The notes beneath the pieces were generated by a model. That model made no database searches and was not told where the DNA came from. It was given only the letters and a program-made list of their open reading frames with translations. The position numbers and the translations under genes are program-made. Of a DNA stretch of 64,000 bases, positions 9,262-17,166 are shown in pieces. Origin of the DNA: Timonella sp. (GTDB taxonomy: Bacteria; Actinomycetota; Actinomycetes; Actinomycetales; Cellulomonadaceae); the NCBI GenBank assembly GCA_031979385.1, contig DALZEF010000006.1, forward strand, positions 34,014 through 98,013, given 5' to 3'. Position 1 is the first letter of the stretch. Each line of letters starts with the position of its first letter.

Positions 9262-9273
9262 GGTTCCGGAACC
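9262..9273. promoter_or_regulatory. perfect 12-bp palindrome GGTTCCGGAACC in the leader or promoter of the secreted-protein gene
   Basis: Read directly from the sequence. It overlaps the expected transcription start of the candidate promoter below. Confidence 0.4.
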
Positions 9274-9280
9274 GAAAGTG

Positions 9281-9310
9281 ACATTAGTGCTCGTCAGAGC
9301 GCCCCGTCAA
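9281..9310 (-). promoter_or_regulatory. candidate sigma-A type promoter for the AT-richer operon
   Basis: On the minus strand there is TTGACG (9310-9305), an 18-nt spacer and TAATGT (9286-9281), about 60 nt upstream of the ATG at 9223. Confidence 0.35.
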
Positions 9311-9597
9311 TGATGTGAATGAATATCTGACTGGAGCAACCCACCTCTGCGTCCGCGATCTGAGATCGTTGCAATGCGAATGATTATGACTAAGTTGACG
9401 CCACATAGACCCGCACACGCCACAGCAGGCGCAAAAGTCCCAAATTATGGCAAAGAGGATCTGACAAGGGCATCAACAAAGTCCCGCCTGAGCACAGAAA
9501 AACACCCCTTGACCTCAACAAACTTTCCACGTGGATACCATCCGCATAGTGAGAGTCGAGCAGTCAAGGGGCTGGGGTGAGTCGGGTTGGGTGGGCG

Positions 9598-9674
9598 CAC
9601 GCCGAACTCAGCCTTTACCCCGAGTTCAGCCCGGAGCAGGCTGAGTTCGTGGGGTTTTGGCTGAGTTCGACGTG
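9598..9674. repeat. palindromic intergenic element, copy A (CGAACTCAGCC / GGCTGAGTTCG family)
   Basis: The 16-bp outer stem pairs 9598-9613 with 9659-9674, with one position that is a G-U pair on the minus-strand RNA. An extra GGCTGAGTTCG lies at 9639-9649. The element sits 21 nt downstream of the bglX stop. Confidence 0.7.
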
Positions 9675-9694
9675 CGGGAGCGAGCGGTGTCGGT

Positions 9695-11998
9695 TCAGGA
9701 CCCGACGGTGACCTCGGTGATCCGTGGGTCATCGAGGCTTACCGGGTACACCGTTCCTCCGAGCGCAACGGTAGTGACCGAGTTGGCCGGCGTGGCACTC
9801 GTTCCAGTCCAGAACGTGAAGTCGCCTGGTTCCACGATCCTGCGCAGGTCGCGCCCAGCGAACGCGAGGCGAGTGGGTGGCACGGTGAACGTGACATCGC
9901 GCTGCTCTCCGGGCGCCAACTCCACACGGGTGTATCCGACCAGTTGCGCGACCGGACGGGTCACGGAGCCGACGAGGTCACGGACGTACAGTTGCACGAC
10001 CTCGGTTCCCGGAAGGTCCCCAATGTTGCGGACAGTGACGTTCACGGTCACCGGCTGGTCAGTGGTGGTGGCGCTCACCTGCGGCACCGTGTGCTCGTAG
10101 TTCGTGTACGAGAGTCCGAAGCCAAACTCCCGAGCAGGGGTCGACGAAAGGCTCGTGACATCCGAGTTTCCGCCGAGCGCCGGGTGCAGGTAGGTGTACG
10201 GTTGCGAACCGGTCGCGCGTGGCAGGGAGACGGGGAGTTTGGCCGATGGGTTCACCCGACCAGACAGCACACCTGCAACCGCGGCAGCGCCCTCTTCGCC
10301 GGGGAAGAATCCCTGAACAACCGCAGCAGCCTGCTCCAATGCCCAGCCGACAACGTAGGGGCGTCCAGTCAGGAGCACGAGGATCACAGGTTTGCCGGTG
10401 GCGATGATCCGCTCCGCGAGCGCGCGCTGCACGCCAGGCAGTTCGAGGTCGTCGCGGTCGCAGCCCTCACCAACGGTGCCGCGCCCGAACAGGGCGGACT
10501 GGTCACCGAGCACGAGGACGGCAACGTCTGCATCGGAAGCATATTCCACCGCCTCGGCGAACCGCGAGGTGTCGTCGGAGTCGATGTCGCAGCCTTCGGA
10601 GTAGAGAATCGAGGCGTCTGCGAATTCCTGGTTCAGTGCCTCACGCATTGTTGGCACCTCGATCCCCATCTCGTATCCCTCGTGCAGGGAGAGCACGTGG
10701 TTGACGAACGAGTAGCAGCCGAACATCGCGGATATCCGGTCAGCATTGGGACCGATGAGCGCGATCTTGCGTGGGGACCCAATGCTCGCATCGCTACCGT
10801 TTGCAGGCGACAGGGGCAGGATTCCGTTGTTCGCCACGAGGACGACGGACTGTTCGGCCAGTTCACGGGCTACGGCACGGTGACGCGGCGAGTCGAGGTT
10901 GATGTCGCTTGGTGGTTCGTCGTTGAACGTGTTGCCGAGCAGTCCGAGTTCTGCCTTTTGCTGTAGCGCGCGCAGCACCGCACGGTCCACGAGTTCGATC
11001 GGCACATCACCGGCACGCACCGCGGCGGCCAGTGGACCGAGGTAGGCGTCTCCGGTGGGCAGTTCGATGTCCACTCCGGCTTCGAGCGCAAGTTGTGCGG
11101 CTTGCGAGAGGTTACCCGCCACGTGGTGCAGTTTTTCGAGGAAGGCCACGCCAAAGTAGTCAGCGACGACGGTTCCATCGAAACCCCACGTGTCACGGAG
11201 CAGGCCGGTAAGTAGTTCGGGGTTAGCCGCAACCGGCACGCCGTCGATTTCATTGTAGGAGTGCATGACCGAGCGGGCCTTGCCGTCGAGTACAGCCATC
11301 TCGAACGGAGGAAGCAGCACGTCAGCGAGTTCACGTGGTCCTGCATGTAGTGGTGCGAAGTTGCGTCCGGCCTGCGATCCGGAATATCCCACGAAGTGCT
11401 TGAGCGTTGCGTGGATGCCCTGCGATTGCAGGCCCTTGACGTATGCGGTTCCGATGGTGGCAACCGTGTAGGGGTCCTCGGCGATGCATTCCTCCACGCG
11501 GCCCCAGCGCGGGTCCCGGATAACATCTAGCACCGGGGCTAGACCCTGATGCACACCGAGTTGCCTCATCGACTCGCCAATAAGCGCGCCCATATGCTCC
11601 ACAAGTTCGGCGTTGAAACTCGCTCCCCACGCCAGTGGGGTTGGGAAGGTGGCGGCCTGCCATGCGGACAGGCCGGTCAGGCATTCCTCGTGCACGAGCA
11701 TCGGGATACCCAGTCGGGTTTCGTTGACCACTCGGCGCTGTTCATGCCACAGCCACTGTGCCCGTTCGATGGGGTCAACGGGGCGGGTGCCATACACTCG
11801 GGTCACATGTCCGAGTCCGTGTGTGGTCGCTCCCGCGAAGGTCACGGCTTCCGCGAACTCGCCTTGCAGCGGTGCGACGGCCTCGCCGTCTCCCTTGTCC
11901 CAGAACCCAACGATCTGGGCGAGTTTCTCCTCAAGCGTCATCTGCGCTAAGAGTTGCTGCGGGTCGGTGATGACCTCTCGAGGTGTTTCGATACTCAT
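9695..11998 (-). CDS. bglX: glycoside hydrolase family 3 beta-glucosidase (BglX-like)
   Basis: GH3 N- and C-terminal domains plus a fibronectin-III-like C-terminal domain. Motifs include RDPRWGRVEE and GFDGTVVADY. I chose the ATG at 11998 (MSIETPRE) because a GGAGAAG Shine-Dalgarno precedes it and the longer ORF would run into the upstream permease gene. Confidence 0.9.
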   Translation of the reverse strand: MSIETPREVITDPQQLLAQMTLEEKLAQIVGFWDKGDGEAVAPLQGEFAEAVTFAGATTHGLGHVTRVYGTRPVDPIERAQWLWHEQRRVVNETRLGIPMLVHEECLTGLSAWQAATFPTPLAWGASFNAELVEHMGALIGESMRQLGVHQGLAPVLDVIRDPRWGRVEECIAEDPYTVATIGTAYVKGLQSQGIHATLKHFVGYSGSQAGRNFAPLHAGPRELADVLLPPFEMAVLDGKARSVMHSYNEIDGVPVAANPELLTGLLRDTWGFDGTVVADYFGVAFLEKLHHVAGNLSQAAQLALEAGVDIELPTGDAYLGPLAAAVRAGDVPIELVDRAVLRALQQKAELGLLGNTFNDEPPSDINLDSPRHRAVARELAEQSVVLVANNGILPLSPANGSDASIGSPRKIALIGPNADRISAMFGCYSFVNHVLSLHEGYEMGIEVPTMREALNQEFADASILYSEGCDIDSDDTSRFAEAVEYASDADVAVLVLGDQSALFGRGTVGEGCDRDDLELPGVQRALAERIIATGKPVILVLLTGRPYVVGWALEQAAAVVQGFFPGEEGAAAVAGVLSGRVNPSAKLPVSLPRATGSQPYTYLHPALGGNSDVTSLSSTPAREFGFGLSYTNYEHTVPQVSATTTDQPVTVNVTVRNIGDLPGTEVVQLYVRDLVGSVTRPVAQLVGYTRVELAPGEQRDVTFTVPPTRLAFAGRDLRRIVEPGDFTFWTGTSATPANSVTTVALGGTVYPVSLDDPRITEVTVGS

Positions 11999-12173
11999 GG
12001 ACTTCTCCAACTTCAGAATTTTGTATTTTCGACGAGCCGTCCGGCAGGAACTTGGGCCTGCGCTGGTAGGTGAGGGCTCGTCGGCAATAGGCCTGCCACG
12101 AGTGGAAAAGTCTCCACTTGGGGCAGCGCGAGTGGGGATTTCCCCACTCGCGGGGTAAGGGGTGTAAGGGCTG

Positions 12174-13052
12174 CTAGCCCTTGACCGCACCCTGGAGGCC
12201 GTTCACGATCTTGTTCTGCATCGCCAGGAAGAAGACCAACGCCGGGATCATCGAAAGCGTGGTGAATGCGAACACGCCCGCGGTGTCCGAGGAGTATTGC
12301 GATGAGAAGTCCGCAACACCCAACGGCAGGGTGCGCATGTCGCCGTTCAGCAGAAGCAGCGGCAGCAGATAGGCGTTCCACGATGCGACAAAGGCAAGCA
12401 CACCGGTCGTGACCATTCCAGGGCCAGACAGCGGGAGCAAAATCCGCGCGAAGAACCCAACCCGACCTGCACCATCCAAGGTGGCGGCCTCCTCGATCTC
12501 AAGCGGAACCGCCTGGAGGAACGGCCGCAAGATCACGATCGTCATCGGCAACTGGAAGGCTGCCTGCGGCAGTGCCAACCCGAGCCACGTGTTTCCCAGT
12601 CCCAGGTCCTTGGTGATGAGGATAAACAACGGAATGATCGCGACGGTCGCCGGGAACAGTAACCCGGCCACAAAGATCATGTAGATGCGTTCCCGCCACT
12701 TGAACCTGAAGCGGGCCAGCGGGTAGGCGGCCATCATGCCGAACACCACCACGAGCGCGACGGTAATCAGTGCGACAACCGTGGAGTTCAGCGCGTAGCG
12801 CCAGAAGTTGGGGTCAGTCAGCACCCGCACATAGTTGTCGGTGACCCACGGGTCGGGAAGGCCAGCCGGGTTCGCCGCAAGTTGGGCGTTCGTACGGAAA
12901 CCACCAAGCACTGCAAACGACACCGGCCCAAGGGTGAGTCCCACCAGAACAAGGGCAATGAAGTAGGTGGCCGGTCCGGCCCGGTGTCCGCGAACCTTAC
13001 GTACTCTGCGCTCGCCGGATTCTGTGGTCTGGGTGAATGTTGCGGCGCTCAT
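12174..13052 (-). CDS. carbohydrate ABC transporter permease (MalG-like)
   Basis: Six-TM protein with the EAA loop IEEAATLDGAGRVGFFARILLP. Confidence 0.9.
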   Translation of the reverse strand: MSAATFTQTTESGERRVRKVRGHRAGPATYFIALVLVGLTLGPVSFAVLGGFRTNAQLAANPAGLPDPWVTDNYVRVLTDPNFWRYALNSTVVALITVALVVVFGMMAAYPLARFRFKWRERIYMIFVAGLLFPATVAIIPLFILITKDLGLGNTWLGLALPQAAFQLPMTIVILRPFLQAVPLEIEEAATLDGAGRVGFFARILLPLSGPGMVTTGVLAFVASWNAYLLPLLLLNGDMRTLPLGVADFSSQYSSDTAGVFAFTTLSMIPALVFFLAMQNKIVNGLQGAVKG

Positions 13053-14089
13053 GCCTTGACCCTCCTCTTGCGTGACACGTAGTCGGGGTTGTCACGGCGC
13101 AGAATGAACCGCTGGTAGAACAGCGCCATAATGAGTGCGATAACGAACAAGATGACCGAGGCAGCCGACGCGATACCAAAGTTTGACCGCTGCGTGCCCT
13201 CAGTGATGAGGAACGTGACCATCGTGGTGGTCGAGTTTGCCGGTCCACCCTTGGTCAGAATCCACACCATGTCGAACAGTTGGAGTGACCCGACCATCGA
13301 AAGGAACGCCCACATGCGGATCGTGGGACCAAGCAGTGGAATCGTGATGCGGAACTGAGTCTGCCACCACGATGCGCCGTCGATCTGAGCAGCTTCGTTG
13401 AGTTCCTCAGGAACGCCCTGAAGCCCTGCCAAGAACAAGATGATCGCAAGGCCTATGTATTTCCAGGTCAAGACCACCATCACGGTCCACAGTGCATACT
13501 TCGGGTCCCCGAGGAATCCCTGCGCCGGACCTGAGAGACCTATCGACTCCAAGATCGTGTCGATTGCGCCATACCGTGGTTGCAGTAGTTGGAACCACAC
13601 GACAGCAACGATGACCTCGGCCAGGATGTACGGCACGAACACAATTGTGCGGAGCACGCCACGGCCCCACATCTTACGGTTGAGCAGCAGTGCGATACCC
13701 AGTCCGAGTGGGAGTTGCAAAATGATGGAGACAACCACGATGAAGAGGTTGTGGGCGAGCGCTCCCTGAAATACCTCGTTCGTCAGGACCGACACGTAGT
13801 TTCGCAAACCCACAAAGTCCACGAGCGGCCCAAAGCCCTTCCAGCGGTACAGCGAGAACTGCACGGCGCGGATGATGGGCCAGACAACGAAGAACAGGAA
13901 GAGCAAGAGCGCGGGGGCAATGAAAATCGATGCCTCAAGCGCCATACGGCGGTTGTGTTTTTTCTTGCGACGATCATTGCCCGTTGGTGCAACCGGGGGC
14001 GTTACGCCCCCGGTTGCGTTTGAGCGGGTCGTCGCAGACATTGCATCTGTAGCAGATGCCGTTGTCATGTCTGCCACGGGTTGACTCAC
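13049..14089 (-). CDS. carbohydrate ABC transporter permease (MalF-like)
   Basis: EAA loop LNEAAQIDGASWWQTQFRITIP. It overlaps both neighbouring genes by 4 nt. Confidence 0.9.
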   Translation of the reverse strand: MSQPVADMTTASATDAMSATTRSNATGGVTPPVAPTGNDRRKKKHNRRMALEASIFIAPALLLFLFFVVWPIIRAVQFSLYRWKGFGPLVDFVGLRNYVSVLTNEVFQGALAHNLFIVVVSIILQLPLGLGIALLLNRKMWGRGVLRTIVFVPYILAEVIVAVVWFQLLQPRYGAIDTILESIGLSGPAQGFLGDPKYALWTVMVVLTWKYIGLAIILFLAGLQGVPEELNEAAQIDGASWWQTQFRITIPLLGPTIRMWAFLSMVGSLQLFDMVWILTKGGPANSTTTMVTFLITEGTQRSNFGIASAASVILFVIALIMALFYQRFILRRDNPDYVSRKRRVKA

Positions 14090-15426
14090 TTCTCTGCGTC
14101 GGCTGCGGCCTGGGTCTTGGTGACGATATCGGCTGCGGTGGACTGTCCGGCGAACACGAGTGCGATCTCGTCGTTCATCGCGCCACCGATCGACGTGCCG
14201 AATGCGGTGTCGAAGTAGAGCTGGATGAACGGAGCCTCGTCGCGCACCTGGAGTAGGTCAGCGAGCGCTGGGTCAGCGACCGAACCAGATGCTGCCGGGT
14301 TGGTGGGCAGACCCATTCCGAGTTCCGCGAAGCCCTTTTGGACCTCATCGGAGAGCAGGTATTCAACGAACTTGACCGCTACGTCCGGTGCACTTTCGGC
14401 AACGGACCAGGCGTCACCGCCACCGAGTTGAGCTGCTGGATCGCCTTCGCCGCCCTCAACTGCTGGGAATGCGAACCATCCGGTGTCTTCTCCCAAGCCT
14501 TGGTTGTCCTCGGTCAGGCCTTGCATGACGCCTGGCTCCCAGTGTCCAGCGAGTTCCATCGCAACCTTTCCTGTTGCGAGCAGACCCGAGGCGGACGTTG
14601 GGCCGGACTGTGCCGGCGTGGACAGGAAGCCTGCGTTGAATGGTTCCTTTGCCACGATCTCTTCGAGGGTTTCACCGGCCTTGAGGAAGCATCCTGCGGT
14701 GAAATCGAGTGAGGTCACAGAATCTTGGAGGGTGTCCTGTGGGCACTGGCGTAGTGCGGTGTAGTACCAGTAGTGAGCGGCTGGCCACTTGTCACCTGCA
14801 CCAACTGAGACCGGTTCGATGCCCGCAGCCTTGAGCTTGTCCACAGCGTCATAGAACTCTGTCATCGTGGTTGGCGGGGTGTCGATGCCCGCCTCGGCGA
14901 ACAGCGACTTGTTGTACCAGAAGCCAACTACGCCCATCGAGAATGGCAGGCCGTAGGTCTTGCCGTCGATCTGCCAACCACCGACGTTTCCGCCGAGTTT
15001 GCCGATCGTGTCCTTGGCGAGTTCGGACAGGTCCTTGGTCAGTCCTGCCGAGACGTGGTCTGCGAGTTCGCCGCCGCCACGTTCCATGTAGATGTCTGGA
15101 AGATCGCCAGATTGGAAAGAGGCTTCGAGTTTGGTCAGCATGTCCTCGTGTTGAAGCGCCTCGATCTGGATCTTCACGCCGGGGTTTGCGTCTTCGAAGT
15201 CCTTTGCAACGTCTTCGTAAAAACCCTTGCCGGGTTCCGAGTTGCTGTTGTGCCACCAGGTGATGGTCTGGTCGGAACCTTCAGCATTGGTGCCGTTGTT
15301 CTCGCCCTCACCGCCACCGGAACACGCAGCCGCGATCAGCGAGATCGATGCTGCGAGTGCGATGCCTTTAAGCCATGGTGTGTTCTTCACGGAAAAAAAT
15401 CTCCTCGTCTTTGAGTGATGTAGCAC
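14086..15426 (-). CDS. sugar ABC transporter substrate-binding lipoprotein
   Basis: Signal peptide plus lipobox (ISLIAAAC), and a family-1 solute-binding-protein fold of 446 aa. Confidence 0.85.
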   Translation of the reverse strand: MLHHSKTRRFFSVKNTPWLKGIALAASISLIAAACSGGGEGENNGTNAEGSDQTITWWHNSNSEPGKGFYEDVAKDFEDANPGVKIQIEALQHEDMLTKLEASFQSGDLPDIYMERGGGELADHVSAGLTKDLSELAKDTIGKLGGNVGGWQIDGKTYGLPFSMGVVGFWYNKSLFAEAGIDTPPTTMTEFYDAVDKLKAAGIEPVSVGAGDKWPAAHYWYYTALRQCPQDTLQDSVTSLDFTAGCFLKAGETLEEIVAKEPFNAGFLSTPAQSGPTSASGLLATGKVAMELAGHWEPGVMQGLTEDNQGLGEDTGWFAFPAVEGGEGDPAAQLGGGDAWSVAESAPDVAVKFVEYLLSDEVQKGFAELGMGLPTNPAASGSVADPALADLLQVRDEAPFIQLYFDTAFGTSIGGAMNDEIALVFAGQSTAADIVTKTQAAADAEK

Positions 15427-15455
15427 CCAATATATGCGTGCCTTTCCATCCAGTC

Positions 15456-15490
15456 AAACGTTATCGGTAACGTTTTCGATAACGTTATCG
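15456..15490. promoter_or_regulatory. LacI-type operator cluster in the 88-bp divergent promoter region
   Basis: AAACGTTA-TCGG-TAACGTTT lies at 15456-15475 and the perfect 14-bp palindrome CGATAACGTTATCG at 15477-15490. Three AACGTT cores recur at a 12-bp period. Confidence 0.65.
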
Positions 15491-15514
15491 TAAAGATGGC
15501 CGCGACAACCTATA

Positions 15515-16540
15515 ATGGCTATTGTGAACACCACTGCCCGAGTAACGATGGCCGACGTAGCCCAGGCCGCCGGCGTATCCGTTGCCACCGTCTCCAAAGT
15601 CGTCAACAACAAGGACGGCATCTCCCCTGCACGCACCGCCCACGTTCGCAGAATTATCGACGAGATGGGTTACGCAGCATCGCTCGGCGCGCAATCCCTA
15701 CGGTCCCGCAGCACTGGAGTACTCGGGATGCTCGTGGCAGAGTTCGAACCGTTCTCGACCGAACTCCTCAAAGGCGCCTCACGTGCGATCAAGGCAACCG
15801 AATACGAACTACTCGCCTACTCGGGGCGCAGCCACTCCGCACCAGAAGACGGCTGGGAACGCCGCCACCTAGCACGCCTATCAGGTGCTCTCATTGACGG
15901 CGCAGTGATCGTCACCCCATCCGGGACAGAAACGATATTCCCCGTACCCGTAGTCGCGATCGATCCACACCTCGATACCGATGCGCTGCCAACAGTGCGG
16001 TGCAACAGCTACGACGGCGCATTCCAGGCAACCAGTTACCTCGCCGATCTCGGACACACCAAGATCGGCTACCTCGGGGGCCGCAGCGACCTGAAATCCT
16101 CTCAGGAACGCGAGCTAGGCTACCGCGACGCACTGCTAAACGCTGGCATCGCAGCCAACGATGACTACATCGGCCAGGGCGACTACCTCCCCGAAGCCTC
16201 ACAGGCACCGGCCCGAGAAATTCTGTCCCGCAAGGACCGCCCAACCGCGATCTTCGCAGCAAACGACCTGTCCGCAATCGAGGTCATCAAGGTCGCGGAA
16301 GAATTAGGGCTGAACGTCCCGCGCGATCTGTCCGTGATCGGGTTCGACAACGTTCCCGAGGCCGCACTATTCCGTATTCCGCTCACCACGATGGCCCAGC
16401 CACTCGGCGAGATGGGTGAGATCGCGTTGAACATGCTCGCGAAGATCATCTCCGGCGAAGACGTCGAAACCCAGGCGCTCCTACCCGTCGAGTTAGTGGT
16501 GCGCGACTCGTGCGCGCCACCACTTGCCTCCGAAAACTGA
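15515..16540 (+). CDS. LacI family transcriptional regulator
   Basis: N-terminal helix-turn-helix (VTMADVAQAAGVSVATVSKVVNN) plus a periplasmic-binding-protein-like effector domain. Confidence 0.9.
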   Translation: MAIVNTTARVTMADVAQAAGVSVATVSKVVNNKDGISPARTAHVRRIIDEMGYAASLGAQSLRSRSTGVLGMLVAEFEPFSTELLKGASRAIKATEYELLAYSGRSHSAPEDGWERRHLARLSGALIDGAVIVTPSGTETIFPVPVVAIDPHLDTDALPTVRCNSYDGAFQATSYLADLGHTKIGYLGGRSDLKSSQERELGYRDALLNAGIAANDDYIGQGDYLPEASQAPAREILSRKDRPTAIFAANDLSAIEVIKVAEELGLNVPRDLSVIGFDNVPEAALFRIPLTTMAQPLGEMGEIALNMLAKIISGEDVETQALLPVELVVRDSCAPPLASEN

Positions 16541-16619
16541 AAGTGACCATGACCTGCGGTCACATTCGACCGCCCCTAGTCACACGACCTGTCATCTGCG
16601 GTTCTCAGGTAGGCGCCCA

Positions 16620-16841
16620 CTACCCATGACAAGAAAACTCAAGAGGGGTGCCCGTTTCGTTTGAAACCGAAACACTGGAAGGAAGCCAATAGACAGGGTT
16701 CATGAACGTCACCTTCCCATCGCCCTTCAGAGCAAGCACATCCGTGGATTCATCCAGGCTTGAGATCTTCGGCTCGCCGCCAGAGCATCCAACAACGAAC
16801 AACATCAAGACTGAAACTGTAAAGACACGGAAAGAGTTCAT
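16620..16841 (-). CDS. small hypothetical lipoprotein
   Basis: The internal ATG at 16841 gives MNSFRVFTVSVLMLFVVGC, a signal peptide plus lipobox. The segment is AT-richer than its surroundings and I recognise no family. Confidence 0.45.
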   Translation of the reverse strand: MNSFRVFTVSVLMLFVVGCSGGEPKISSLDESTDVLALKGDGKVTFMNPVYWLPSSVSVSNETGTPLEFSCHG

Positions 16842-17027
16842 GCGTAGCCGACCGCCCCTTCCATCTTTCGCTTGAGCACTTCTTTCAGCAAAAGAAAAAT
16901 CCATATACAGCACTTGAGAAGTCATTCACAGTAATACTCACCCTTTTTCAGAGCGCTTACGCACAGCCCGTGGGAGTTCGTAGATCAACAGGTATCCTCC
17001 TGAGAAAAACCAAGAGAGTGCGCCCAG

Positions 17028-17096
17028 CGAACTCAACCAAAAGTGCACGAACTCGACCGGAAAGCGGTTGAGCTCGTGCACTTTTGGTTGAGTTCG
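17028..17096. repeat. palindromic intergenic element, copy B (CGAACTCAACC / GGTTGAGTTCG family)
   Basis: The 32-position stem has one mismatch and one wobble, with a loop of 3-5 nt. It lies 71 nt downstream of the stop of the PLP-enzyme gene. Its first 30 or so nt are similar to copy A. Confidence 0.8.
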
Positions 17097-17166
17097 ATTC
17101 GGGAGGTGGCGTGGAGCGGCAAACACGAGGCAGGTAGACGGATGTGTGTGCTTCAGCCCAACGCAA

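Noticed and set aside
5173-9330. Calling the AT-richer block a mobile element or prophage remnant
   Set aside because: I see no integrase, transposase, terminal inverted repeats, flanking tRNA or direct-repeat pair. Composition alone does not justify a mobile_element feature, so I report it as an accessory operon instead.
9374-9580. 68-aa plus-strand ORF and several minus-strand mini-ORFs of 27-40 aa in the 470-bp spacer, considered as possible small bacteriocin precursors
   Set aside because: None has a Shine-Dalgarno or a leader or double-glycine-like motif, and the compositions are implausible. One overlaps the candidate promoter. I cannot support them from sequence alone.
11999-12190. 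N-terminal 64-codon extension of the GH3 ORF
   Set aside because: The extension overlaps the 3-prime end of the upstream permease gene and is Pro/Ser/Arg-rich. The internal ATG at 11998 has a good Shine-Dalgarno and yields a typical GH3 N-terminus.
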